Positions 1 to 12,475 of a stretch of 64,000 nt of DNA are shown piece by piece. The stretch is taken from the NCBI GenBank assembly GCA_050273025.1, contig CP158635.1:6448001-6512000 (forward strand), given 5' to 3'. The position numbers and the translations under genes were made by a program. The notes under the pieces are model-generated. The model saw only the letters and a list, made by a program, of their open reading frames with translations. It was not told the origin of the DNA and searched no databases. This DNA is from Cenococcum geophilum. Taxonomy: Eukaryota. The first letter of the stretch is position 1, and every line of letters starts with the position of its first letter.

Positions 1-3000
1 CTGAAGCGTTTGAAATGAACGACCAAGAACTCAGGGGCACGTGTAATGGTGATTTTTTTAGTGGCCTCGCGCTCCACACGGCAACGTGGGCACCGCCACA
101 CCTCATCACCGGACAGCCGTTCAGAGGAGCAGTAAGAGCTGAGACAGTCCCTCAGATCTGCTGGCCGGTCACGGGGAATTTCAACGCTGATGCTCCAAAA
201 AGCTTCATAGGTTGTACTAGTATTCCCACACGTCGTGCAATGTAGGCATGAGGCGTGTTGGCCCGCAAAGAGGTTGCCGATGACGGATTTTTCGCGGTGT
301 GTATAACGGCCCCATTCAACTTTTGCGGCGTAAGCTCTAGGGAGGCGCTCACGAGCTTGTTCATCGGCCGCGGTAAGCTCGCGAAGAGGTGGTTTAGCCC
401 ATGTTGTGTTGAGGTCTTCGTGCAAGAGGTCGAGGAGAAATTCAAGAAACTCTTTAGCATCTTGTTGCCGGTCCATGCCCCATTCGGAGTTGAAGCGAGC
501 GCATAGTCTCTGTAGCTGGGGGTCAGATGTGATGTAGTAAGAGGGACTGAATTTGAAGTTGGACCAATGGTGCTTGGTATTAAAGGGAGAATTGAACTTA
601 CTCTTAACGAACTGGGGCGGACAGATGTGACATCGTTCTTCCATAAATTCTGGATGAGAGTGGCGTAGTTCTCTGACATGAGACCTTTGGAACCCTTCCA
701 GTTATCCCGTTGGATCTCTTTCAGGTATTGATTGCTAAGGAAGATGCCGGTTAGTGGTATAGTGGCATTCAGACACTGGATCGTGGAGTTCATGTAGCAA
801 GTGACTCCAAAGTTAATCAAGCCGGTCCGAGGAAGTCTATTTTGAGGGTGGTGATTAGGAGAGACGTATGCGGGAAGTTGAAAGGTTCGTCCATGAGGAG
901 TGATTTGCCGTTCGTGAACTCCACCATAACTCATCCGTGGCACAGAAGGTGGTGGCCGTGATGGGGCAGATGGAATAGCTGGAGCGACGTAGGCGTTTGG
1001 AACCGGAGGCCGAGACGGTGGATAAATCATAGATTGCTGCTCTATCTCAGATGGATCTGGATAGCGAAGTATGAAATCCTCAGTGGTTCGGTATATTGGT
1101 GAGACATCTTCATTCTCCCCTTTAAGCATGGGCCTTTCCCGTCGAGCTTCCTCCAACCATTTCCGTTCTTCTTCAGCATCCATAGGAGCATAATCGCGGA
1201 AACGTCTCCTTTGGAGATTGAGTCTGGCAGCATTACTGGCCACCGGGACTCTTCCGATGGCTCGTGATGGCTTCGCATATCCAGCAGCATAAGCGGCAGC
1301 TGTTGTCGAAGTTTTTAGAGACCTCGACCCTAGAATACGTGTCCATGCGTCAATACCACCCATCAAAAGAATCGGAGGTCGCTGTAGTGGCTTCTCCGAG
1401 TTGAACTCGTAAAGAGTATCGAAGAGACGCTGTAGGGCGATTTCACTCCCATTTCGATTTAGCTTGCTTCGAAAGTTTACACTTGTAGTTGATTGATCGT
1501 AGTACACCACCAAGTCATATTGGTCTCGACGATCGAACATGGTCTGCTCCTCATCTGGGGAGAGCACAAGCCGATCCGTTAATTGCTCTGCTGAGTAGCC
1601 ATCCACTAGTGCAGTAGGCTCAACACAAATAATGGAGTCGACATAAATATGCCCTTCGTCAAACTCCTCGCGATTCCGAACGTCAATTAGAAGTATGTTA
1701 TACATCGCAATGTAGTCGAAGAGCTTTTCAGCACTAATCTGGAGCTCCAGGGGCATGTGAATGGATTTCCGCCTGCTAGAAGCGGTCGTTTGGGAAGTAT
1801 TGGAAGAGTTGGTGAGATATGAGTCTGTCTCGCCATTAGTGCTAGGTGGATGAGACGAGACACTCGAAGCTGCCATGGAATTGCTTCGACCACCAGTTCC
1901 TACTATGCTGCGAGCAGTACTCCTTGGTGGAGGAATACTGGCGGGAGTTGACAAATTTCGCGCTGGACTGTATGTTGGACTCGGTTCTTTCGGCATAGAA
2001 GCTGTAATTTGAGTGTTGAGGGGTAGTTTTGGCGGGTGTGGAGGCGGACCGGGTGGAGGGGGCGGCATGTCCCGGGGCCCTAACGGTCTGCTTGAAAGGT
2101 GAAAATCTGTAGGAGATGGCATCTTCACAGATAGATCTCCCGCCGAACCGCGGGGACCAGTATCAATAGGAGGTGTAGGTCTTAACTTTGCGAAGCGTTC
2201 CACAAGTACGTCAACTGGAGGTACTTCATTGGTGGGCATGCCATTTGGTGTTATAGCCCGTCCATGTAAACGTCTAGGTTTGGGTTGCACAGAAGGTCTC
2301 GATCTAGGTGATCCAGATAAGCTTGATGGAGATACGCGACCGGTTGACAACTCCCCCGTGCTATCCAAAGATGCGCGCGGGGGTAACATGAGCTCACTAT
2401 CTCGTATCCCCTTTACAGGTCCGTCTGGCATAGAGTAACGCGGATTTTGGTATGTTGGTGTCATTGACCTGTGCTGAGCATCTCTTGATGATGGTTGAGA
2501 TGAACGGGCATACTCGGGTTGTGCATTGCTTCTCTTGTTGTCATTTATTATTATATCCCTAACTTTAGAGAATCTGTCCTCGAAGGAACGGATCTCCTAG
2601 AGTGGTGTCAGCTAGTAGGACCAAGAAAGATGGTTTGAAATATTAACTCGTGTCTCGAGAACTTCAGGATGGCATTCAGTACCTTGACTAACTCCCTATT
2701 CTGTCTGTGCTTCTCGCCCCTATTTCCCTCAAGGTCTACATAATCTCTATGCCGTGGTATTCGATTGGCAATAATCTCAAACGCAATTAAGTAATCCAGA
2801 TATGCACGGTCTGGTCGGCGGCCCTCTAGTAAAAATTTTGCCGACTTAAGCGATTTTTGGGCTTCTTCTACAAGGTGTCCAATCTAAAATGAGTTAGTGG
2901 GGTACATATATGGGGGAACGAGGCTCAACATACCGAGGCATGTTCCATTTGGTCGACTCTGCCCTGGGCAGCCACGAATATATCGCTGATATGTGCTATT

Positions 3001-3149
3001 GCACCTGCTGGGCCCCTTCCATCATCACCCACCCCTTCACTTGCTATCCAGCCTTCAGAGCCCATGCTAGGGCCGCCATGCCCGTAGCCGTTCATGGTTG
3101 GTCTCGGAGGAAGTCCTGGAGGTGGAGGGAGAGGTGCAGCAGCGCTCAT
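1..3149 (-). CDS. DOA4: Ubiquitin carboxyl-terminal hydrolase (USP/C19), Doa4/Ubp4-like, with rhodanese-like domain; 3' end lies outside the window
   Basis: Exons 3149-2934, 2883-2683, 2596-602 and 509-<1, with GT..AG introns; CTRAC branch sites in each. Rhodanese-like segment LLIDVRNREEFDEGHI, Cys box GLINFGVTCYMNSTIQCL, then QQDAKEFLEFLLD and CPRC/APEFLVVHFKRF in the last exon. Confidence 0.9.
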
Positions 3150-3684
3150 ATTCGCTGATTATGACCCGGGGGATTATACATTATAGGCGGGGGAAGCTGG
3201 CGACGACACTCAAACCCGTCCGCTGCTGGAAATTCAGGGTCTTATGTTGAAGCGGAGGGTGGTTGAGAAGTCGGAGAATGGTGTGAGCAGAGGAGATGTA
3301 TCGCAAACAGAACAACGAGGAAACTAGTTAGGTGTCGCTGAAAAGTATTGAAGAGATTTTAGGGGTATTAAAGACGGCGGTTCTTTGAGGTGGGCGTCGT
3401 AGGCGGGCGTGCAATCAACAGCTTCTTAGTGAGGTGGGTGTTCTGTGGCGGAGTTGAGCCGCTGAGTGACGACGGAAGCCAAGCCTAGACGTTCAAACCT
3501 CGCCCGCCTCTAAGCTGCTACCTGGTCGTGAACCATAAGCAAAGCATCCTCGACACGCTTTGTAACAACCTTCTATTTGCCTCCACCACTCTCAAGCTTT
3601 CGACAAGCTAATATATCCTTTTCACCATCATCTCGCTATCTAGGATAACCATAACCGGACCTTAACCCTCCCCCAACAGCCACT
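3150..3684. promoter_or_regulatory. Putative bidirectional promoter between divergent DOA4-like and VPS27 genes
   Basis: Only 535 bp separate the two start codons (3149 on -, 3685 on +). No specific sites identified. Confidence 0.5.
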
Positions 3685-6334
3685 ATGGCGGGTTGGTTTG
3701 CATCCTCCAACAGCGCTCTTGATGAGCAGATCGAGCGCGCTACTGCCTCAAGCTTGTATGTTGATGAAGCCTGACGTGCTAACGATAATATTCCGAGGGC
3801 ATAATGCAGGATTAACTTTACAACAGAGAAGACATTGCTTTGAATCTCGAAATATCCGACATCATTCGGTCCAAGACTGTCCAGCCTAAGGAAGCTATGC
3901 GGTCTCTGAAGCGGCGGATAGGGAACAAGAATCCAAACATCCAGCTTGCGGCACTGAACGTAAGCGCCCGTAGCCTGTCTCTCCTTGCCACGCAAGCTGT
4001 AGCTAATAACTCGCCCTCAAGCTTACGGATACATGTGTAAAGAACGGAGGTTCACATTTCATGGTCGAAGTAGCTTCACGGGAGTTTATGGATAACCTTA
4101 CATCTCTATTAAAAGCTTACGGAGCGGCCGCGCCAAATCAAGACGTCAAGAATAAGATTTTAGAAATTATACAAAGTTGGGCCACAGCTGCCGAAGGTCG
4201 AAGCAATCTCATCTACATCAACGAGGTCTACCGAACATTGCAGAGAGAAGGTTTCAGGTTTCCACCAAAAGTTCAAGTAGCGAGCAGTATGTTCGATAGC
4301 AGTGCGGTAAGTCTTTGCTGTTATTCTGACCCTCCATTTCAGATCGAACTAATTGGTGCCTTGGGACCAGCCTCCAGAATGGACAGACTCGGATGTCTGT
4401 ATGAGATGCCGAACTGCGTTTACTTTTACAAATAGGAAACACCATTGCAGGAATTGCGGAAATGTATTTTGCGGCTCATGTTCAGGCAAGACTCTTCCGT
4501 TGCCACACCTGGGTATTACGGATGCGGTGCGAGTTGACGACGGCTGCCACGCGAAGTTAACAGATAAGTCTCGCGGCATGCCTGTACCGAAGGGATTCGA
4601 TGCAACGAAACCGACCAGAACATTATACCAAGGCTCGATGGAGCCGCGTAATGCTAGGGTGGAGGACAGCTTCGATACCGATCTGAAGAGAGCACTAGAG
4701 ATGAGCTTGGAAGAAGTCAAGGGACATTCCGGCTCTGGATATGTTGTACAGTCTCAGGTACAGCCACAGTCCAAGGCTCCAGTTACAAATGGCAATTCCA
4801 AGCCATCACAACCACAAGCCCAGTCGGAGGAAGAGGATGACCCTGAACTAAAGGCTGCGATTGCCGCTTCGCTCGCAGATATGGAGGAGCAGAAGAAGAA
4901 ACATGCTGCCACATTGAAGCAGCATGCATCCTCTTCAAATGGCGTACCAGCCATTGCGCCAAAAAATAACTATGAGCTCACTCCTGTCGAGGCAGAGAAC
5001 ATCAATTTGTTTTCCACTCTTGTCGATCGATTACAACATCAACCCCCAGGTACAATATTGAGGGAGCCACAGATACAAGAGTTGTATGAGAGCATTGGCA
5101 AGCTCAGGCCTAAGCTTGCAAGGACATACGGCGAGACGATGAGCAAGCATGGTATGTGTTGTCGTCTAGGCGTGTTTATACTTAGCTGACTTGCCTAGAT
5201 ACTCTTCTTGATCTGCATGCGAAACTATCAACTGTCGTCCGCTATTACGATCGTATGCTAGAAGAACGGTTGTCAAATACCTACACTCAACATGCAGCAT
5301 CTTATGGCCTTCCTCCAAGCATGCAGCGCCCTGCCTCAACGCTTTATCCCACCATACAATCAGGCATACCAGATACACAGGCTGGAGAAGGCTTCTATAC
5401 TGGCAAGGCTGTACCATCAGAGCCTTACGCACGACCCCAGTCCACGTATGCGAGATTTCAACCTCCACAACAGCTAGCGCAATCCTCGTATGCCCAATAT
5501 GACAAGCGGGCATCTGTAGCACAGTTCAACTCTCCTCCAGCTGAGCAACAGTACCAGCAGCAGCCTCAACAGCCATATCCAAACTTGTCTTCACATAGCG
5601 GTGGACCCCTTGCCCAACAACAGCAGCGACCGCCTAGCACGATTTATCAGCAGCAGCAATCTACTGCAGAGGGCTCACCTCAGATACAACGTCGTGTTTC
5701 CGTACAGCAGTATCCCTCACAACCACCCTCCCAATATGCGCCATCCCAACCCCCGCAATCCTCCGTTCCTGATGACCAAAATTCCTATTATTACGGCGAA
5801 CAAAATGCCTCCCAACCAACTGCACCTCCACAGCAGCCGTCAGAGCCACCTCAACAAGTACAAAACTATGGAGGTCAATCGCAACATCTCACACAACCCC
5901 CTTCCCCAGAGCTCTACCACCGCGCCCCACCGAACAGCATCTCGCAACAGACTCCTCTCTCCCCTCCACAGCAATCCCAACCGCTTCAAACACCGCAGAA
6001 CACACCATACCCAACACAAGCCGTGCCACCAACACCATACTGGCAGCATGCGGAACCGGTGCCTGTACCACAACAGCAAACGCAGCCTCCGCAGCCGCAG
6101 CCGCAGCAGCAGACACAACCACAACCGCAACCACAACAACCGCCATCGCAGCGACAACAGCAGCAGCCGCCATACTGGCAGCAACCGCCTCAGCAGCGCG
6201 CACCGCCCGTCCAGACACAATGGCAGCCTCAACCGTTCGCCTCTGGGGGCTACGGGCCGGAAAGTTTCCCCGCCGCACCGCAGCACCAATTGCAAGCCAC
6301 TCCCAAAATCGAGGAAGCACTGATTGAGTTGTAG
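3685..6334 (+). CDS. VPS27: ESCRT-0 subunit Vps27/Hrs (VHS, FYVE, two UIMs, Q/P-rich tail, clathrin box)
   Basis: Exons 3685-3755, 3827-3959, 4022-4306, 4371-5151 and 5199-6334. VHS (DEQIERAT..., [10 protein letters not shown]), FYVE ([19 protein letters not shown]), UIMs ([20 protein letters not shown]), C-terminal LIEL. Confidence 0.96.
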
Positions 6335-7441
6335 CCGCAAACTCGCATAAATTTCCAGGCTAGGGAGGGTGTGTGAAGGACGGCATGGTAGGCTGTAGTT
6401 GTTTATTTTCGCGCCGGTCGTTGCATACTACCTTGCATTTGCGAGGCGTTCAGGACACCCCATTACTTTGTGCGTTGTGGGAGGGGAGGGAGGGATTTGT
6501 GACTATTTCCTTCTTTGTTTCGCGGGCTCTAACATTGATCGGGTCATCTGTGATTCCACTAGGCTTATTTGTAGGTAGCGGTTTGAAGGGCTGAAAGTCT
6601 TGTCGTGGGTCGGAGAGCAAACAGGGGATGAAGTGCGTGTATTTGTTCTAGCTAGTTGAGCTGCCGCTCATTGAGTGAAATAGACCATCCTATTATATCG
6701 TCCAATTGTGTGAAATAGCGTCACTGCATTGATTCGCCCGGAGTTCTTCCGTGTTGAACATTTCAATGATCTGATTTAATTCCACCGCCCCACCACCGCC
6801 TTACGCGGGGTGGACTACTTTCGATCTGGCCCAATCACATCTTCCCTGCAGTCATATACACCAGTAAGCCTTTTATCCACACAAACGCTCCACTTCCAGA
6901 ACCGCCACAAAAAGCCGCGCGTACAGCAATAAAGCCGACATACAGTAGATGTTACGCCCAGCGGCAGCAAAAAGACGAACACGCACAGCTGAAGGAAGTT
7001 GAACACAGCAGAAGAGATAAACAACGGAAATAGAAAAAAAGACACAGAACGCGAAGTATGGTCCAGATAAAGTGACGTGTAGACAACTCCCGCTTTTTAA
7101 AAACATGTTAACCCGTACGCGCCATTCTATGGGGCGCGTGTGGGGAGTAGAGGTACATATGGGGCAATAAAACAGGATGATGAACTCCGACTCCGGGCGC
7201 CGTCCTATGAGCCGAATTCGTGGAAAAAGTCCCTAGGAATATGAGCGGTCAAAAAAGGGGTTTAAAGCGAAGAACGGCACGCGGCGGAGGCCACAGCAAC
7301 ATGATAAAACCCCACGCGCTCGCGCCCAGCTGGGTGCACGGAAGAAGAGCACCGTAAGCTGGCGGGCGAGCCAGCGGACAGGAGGCCGCCCCACAAGGCG
7401 AACCCTGGGTCGAGAAACGAGGAACGAGTGAGACCTCAGGC

Positions 7442-9552
7442 TCACACGAACTCCGGCCAGTAGTTGTAGGGCATGATGCCCGGACCAGCCCATTTCTCGC
7501 TATAGGGGTTGGAGCGCGTGCCTGCGAAGAAGCCGTCTTGGGCATGCTCGAGGACTGATATCCATGAGGAGGGTTCGGGGTGCTTTAGCCACTGAGATAA
7601 GGAGGATTAGCCAGCGATTTGTGTACTTGGTCGGATATAAAATCAGGGTCTATGTGGGGGAGCATCAGGCGTTCGCAGAGCGAGTTGCACAGAGCGATTT
7701 CCGCAATGCAAGCAGCGACGCAACGTGAAGGAGGGGAACTAGAAAATTATTTAGCGCTTACCTGATTGTGAATGTGGTATGTCCATGCTCCGCGGAAGAA
7801 ATTCTCTAAAGTGCGGTTGTTTGGAGGGAATTTATCTTCTTCAAGCAAGTAGTCGGCGACAACGCCTGCTTTTCGCAATTCGGCCTCCTCGTCCATGGTG
7901 GCGCTGAAAGAATCGAGGGTTTCGGCGGCACGCGTTGGCGCTGCAGCAGATACTGGTGCGTTTTCGTCACGGCTTGTTCGCCTGCGGCGGGAGGGAATAG
8001 GAGCAGCCGTATAGATTTCAGCGGTACCCTCTTCTGCGTTCCGTATCCTCAGCTCCTTGACTTGAACTTGGGCTAGGTCCACGAGCTCCAATTGTGGGCC
8101 ATCGTAGCTCTCCCATTCATCCCTGATAGCGCCTTTCCTACCCTTAAACGCCGCTCCATAGTCACGCAGGCATGGAACAGTGCATCTGCCTTCTCTATCC
8201 CAGTTGAATTCTGTCCAAATTGGGTCGAATGCCGCGGTTTCCAACATTAAGAACTCCTGATCGCGTCCATCCTTCCATGCCATCCTGCCTAGAACTCTTG
8301 GATGGAAGTTCAAGCCCATGCGAACGCCACCACGGAGGAGATAAGAGGAAAGGGAAGAGTTAGCAGTAAGTGACATGATGGCAGTGTTGTAGTCGCCAGG
8401 GTGGGGGTGCGCCGCCCATCGTTCTGCGAAAGAGTGCTCCTTTGGTAACAGCAATGGTCGCATGTCTCGTAACATGAGTACGTCCATGTCGAAATAAGCC
8501 CCGCCATGAATATGCAAGACGACGAATCGGACAGCATCTGATACAGCGACTGGTAGAAACGTCATTTGCTTCGGGGTAAGCACCAGCCATTGCTGACCAT
8601 CCTTGTCCTCCACAATTCCGTCAGCGACAGCTCTTTCCCCCTTAGAGTTTGGTTTGCCGGGAGGGTTGTAGTAGCCGATACCATCAGTATTGTCTTCAGC
8701 CTTGGGTAGGGGAATTCTGGAAGGGAACTTCCATGCTTTGAGGACGATGTCGCCACGTTCGACTAAAGGAAGGAAGCGAGCGAAAAGAGCATCTTTGTTA
8801 AGCATATCATGAACAGCCTTAGGGTTTCGATCGCTGTCAAGCCATATCCAGAGGCGTGAACAAGCAAGGTTTTGCGTATAAAGATAGCTCTTGACGAAGA
8901 CTTCGACGCGCCACGTTGCCGGTCCAGTCCAGTACACGTGATAGGGAATGATAGGTCCTGGGCAAGTTCCAATGCTAGATTTGTTGGCCGGTGCTGCTTC
9001 TGAAACTGGAACGTATCTGCTCAAAGAGTTGTCATGGCCATCCGCACTCTTATACTCCGCTTGGCGAGGATCTTGTGCACTGGCCCGATTCTCTTCATCC
9101 GGCAATTGGTAGTACCGGCCCTCGTCGTTTGCGAAGAACTGTAAGCAGTCGAAGACGTTTCTCATCTTTTCTATCCCAGAATATGTTCCTCTGCACTGTT
9201 CCACCAAGAGATGGAGATCTGCCTCAGTATCCACATGAGGTCGAGGTCCCATGTAGTCGTCCTTCGCCTTGACAGCACTGATTGGTCGGTTGAACACATT
9301 TGCGTGAGGGTTCATGGTAACGGTCGTGGGCGAGCTAGCGAATTTGACTTTAATACCCGCTTTTGTGGTTTTAATGAGTTCTGCCGGGCCGGTCTTGTCA
9401 AGGAAGGCGGGTATGCCCAGCCTGCCCTTTGCAGCAACATTAGGATTTCGAGCAATCGTGATTATGCCGTAAATAGTTGCGTATAGTAAAGATGCTAGAA
9501 AGAGGTTCTTGATTAGGGCCAAGAACCCTCTTGTCCGCCGTCCTTCAGCCAT
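7442..9552 (-). CDS. Type II membrane glycosyltransferase, GT32/DXD-like
   Basis: N-terminal hydrophobic anchor; SDAVRFVVLHIHGGAYFDMDVL DXD signature. Exon 9552-7762, GTAAGC...CTAAT...CAG intron 7761-7592, final exon 7591-7442 (WLKHPEPSSW...WPEFV*). Confidence 0.8.
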
Positions 9553-10382
9553 GTCGAGTCCTTGCTAAGGGGTGTTATTCCCCGCCGCCGGTGCTCGTAG
9601 AGTATATTATAACCTGCCCTCCAGGTCTACCCGTGTTCCTATCCCTATGCTAAAGGTTAAGCCGAACTTGTTCGGTCGCAAAGGAGCGCTTGCTCTCCCG
9701 ATGTCGCGTGAAACGGCGCCTAGACCGAAAAGGAGAGAAGCCCGTTGGCGGCGTATGTACTGTGACCTTTGGTTGGCGTCCTACGATTTCGGGGCTGGAG
9801 TAATCAATTGGCAAGAGCCGTCTCAGAGTCGCAAGGCAGAGTCGTTATCGTGTGCCAAATATGTACGTGGAATCGAAGTGGTGGATAAGGAGCGACAGAG
9901 GGAGGCTGTGCAAACTGAGTTTACAAAGGTATACTGTTGAAGGGCTGTGAAGGTGATAAGGATAGCAAGAAGGTGAAAGAGGAGAAAGCAGGCTGGGCGA
10001 GCTGAAGGAAAGGCTTGGAGAGGCGGCTCGAGCTGTAGGATTGGCAGGTCCAAATTAGAGAGTACGACGGGCGGGTTTGGCAGGATTTTGGTGGCTGAGG
10101 GGCTAGACGGGCTTAGACTACTGTACTTTCCAGGGGCTGAGTCCGTGAGCAGAGAGACCTGACTTAACAGGGGAACCCGCTAAAGTTTGGGGCTGACACC
10201 TGCGCATTTCAGTCCGCTTCACTAGTATTTATGGGGGCATATACGCGATACGCCAACTCCCACACTCCACGGACATTTCACTCGCACTAGGCGCATCAAA
10301 CGCACTTCAACCCTCCGAAGCGCACATTGCATCACCGAACGACCTCCGCAGCACGTCTACGTACTCCCTCTACCTCACACAC

Positions 10383-12398
10383 ATGCTGTCGCCCTCGCCA
10401 TATGCATGTGTAAAGGCGATTCTAACTAATAACCCGCTCCTGCGGAGCACCAGAGCCGCCCTCTCTACTCCAAAGTCCAGATTCTACTCTACCATCAGCC
10501 CGGCCAGATCCGAGGAAGTCAGGGTATCGTGTCGGTCCAGCGGCTCTATCACACTCACGTATGCAGCATTTTTCCTTTGTATCGAGCCTATCAATGAAAT
10601 CATAATTGCTGTGGGATTCTTGGAGTCTGCCCAACACCGAAGATCGCATGTACGATGAAGTCACAAAAATGCCTCATTCGCATTGATCCTGGCGATTTTC
10701 TAGACCTCGCAAATTTACGCTTCTTGGCCTAATTCTTTAAGGTTACATTGAAGCTTTTTTTTGGAATTTCCTTTACTTTTCATTCTAAGTTATCATATCT
10801 AATTAGAATATTCCTGTGTATCCATTGCCCGAAATTTCATCTTTAGCAGTAACATCAAAGAGCGAAGCCGATGCAGTACAGCGGGGAGCTTCAAAGAACC
10901 AGGGGTCTTCAATAATGTTATTCGGGATATTGCACAAACTCAAATGACCTCGCCGTATTCTATCAAGCCACTCGGGAACTCGTTGAAATATTTCAAAGAG
11001 ATTGCCGGTGTGGGTGACGAGGTTGACTCAATTACATCTTTCCAGCCCATATTCTTATACCTTTTCTTTTCGACTCGGACCCAAAATAGTCTAATACAAT
11101 AATGATTCACTCTAGACTCCACTTACCCACACATTTCCGTCTCCAAAGCGTGTCGGACTAATATGTTCCACAGGATATACCATCCCTCAACCGCTCTCCA
11201 ACCCTCGCCCGTACTTATCTACCTTCCGTCTGGTCCCTTCTTTCCAGACCGCCCAGTTCACAATGAAGATCACTTCATCTCTGCACTCTCTGGCTCCTCC
11301 CATTGCACTGTCGTACGCATTAACTACCGGCTATCCCAGAAACATCAATTCCCAACTCCAGTTTATGACGTTTTGACAGGCTACGACTGGATACTAGAGA
11401 ACTTGGTCTCTAAATTGGCATCAGCATCTTACCATGGCCGAACTAGCCACACAATTGCCCGTTTGGGTGTCTGCGGCGAGCTAGCCGGAGGTGGACTTGC
11501 TACAATGCTTGCCCTAACAGAATGCAAGGCTGGAAGTAAGAGGCTGGTAGCCGCAGCCGTGAACAACCCCATCTTAGACTGGGCCTTTCCTTTCGGGCTC
11601 CCTGCCACAGAAGAAGAGGCTGCACTTGAGGGCGAAGACATTTTCCAAACTGGCAACGACCTGCTGAACTGGTGGAACCAGCTTGAAGCCAAGGAAGCAA
11701 ATTCGACACCGAAGAAGACGACACCAGTCCGAGCGTCATCCTGGGAAGCATATGCTGATAGTCCCATCCTACCCACAACAACCCTCCTCCGCGCACGGGA
11801 AGCCTTCTTTCGCAAACCGGAAGACTACTTCGATCATTTCGCATCTCCCATCTGCTTCTTCCGCTCACCAAGTGCCGAAATCATATATCCTACAGACGAA
11901 GACAAACTAGCATCCTTGTCGCCCTCTTCAGACCCAGACTCGGTTATACCACCAGATCTCTACTCCGACACGGATTCCATCTTCACGCACAATCCTCCGC
12001 ACCACCAACAGTCTCCCCAAAACCCTGCAGACCTCCCAACCCTAATAAAACGCCAGACCTACCACCGCGTATACCCACCCTCAAACTCCGGCCTTCTGCT
12101 CCCTCACATGTACATTACTTCCGGCAGCGAAAGCCCCCTTCTCGACCAAGCATCTGAGCTTACGCGGCTGACGAAACGCAGCGTTATGCGCCAGACCCGC
12201 ACGATCTACCGCGCTGAGGACGACGAGATAGTCCGACAGCTAGAGGAGCAGGATAAGGAAAGGGAACGGCAAGAGTCTGATCGGAAAGTTAGGATGAATG
12301 TTGACGCTGGCGTTGGGCTCTGGAGCAGGGCAGCTGAGGAGGAGTGGAAGCCACGGGTTGAAGATGTTGGTATGTGGTTGAGGGGAGTGATGCGGTGA
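10383..12398 (+). CDS. Alpha/beta-hydrolase-fold protein (abhydrolase_3-like), probably mitochondrially targeted and lacking the canonical nucleophile
   Basis: Exon 1 10383-10558 (R/S-rich presequence-like, RFYST), intron 10559-11173 (GTATGC...CTAAT...CAG), exon 2 11174-12398 in frame. Motifs VVRINYRLS..FPTPVYDVLTGYDW and LGVCGELAGGGLA. Confidence 0.78.
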
Positions 12399-12475
12399 GA
12401 GACACAGTTTCAGCAGTGTATCGATATGTATTTCCATACCTATACCAGCTTTTTCGCCCTTTTCTCGTACTCAAA

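Noticed and set aside
5601..6340. Long alternative-frame and antisense ORFs over the VPS27 3' exon
   Set aside because: By-products of the CAG/CAA/CCG-rich Q/P tail.
6780..7430. GC-rich hairpin (~7111-7144) and short ORFs between VPS27 and the glycosyltransferase
   Set aside because: No recognisable ncRNA motif; most simply 3' UTR or intergenic sequence.
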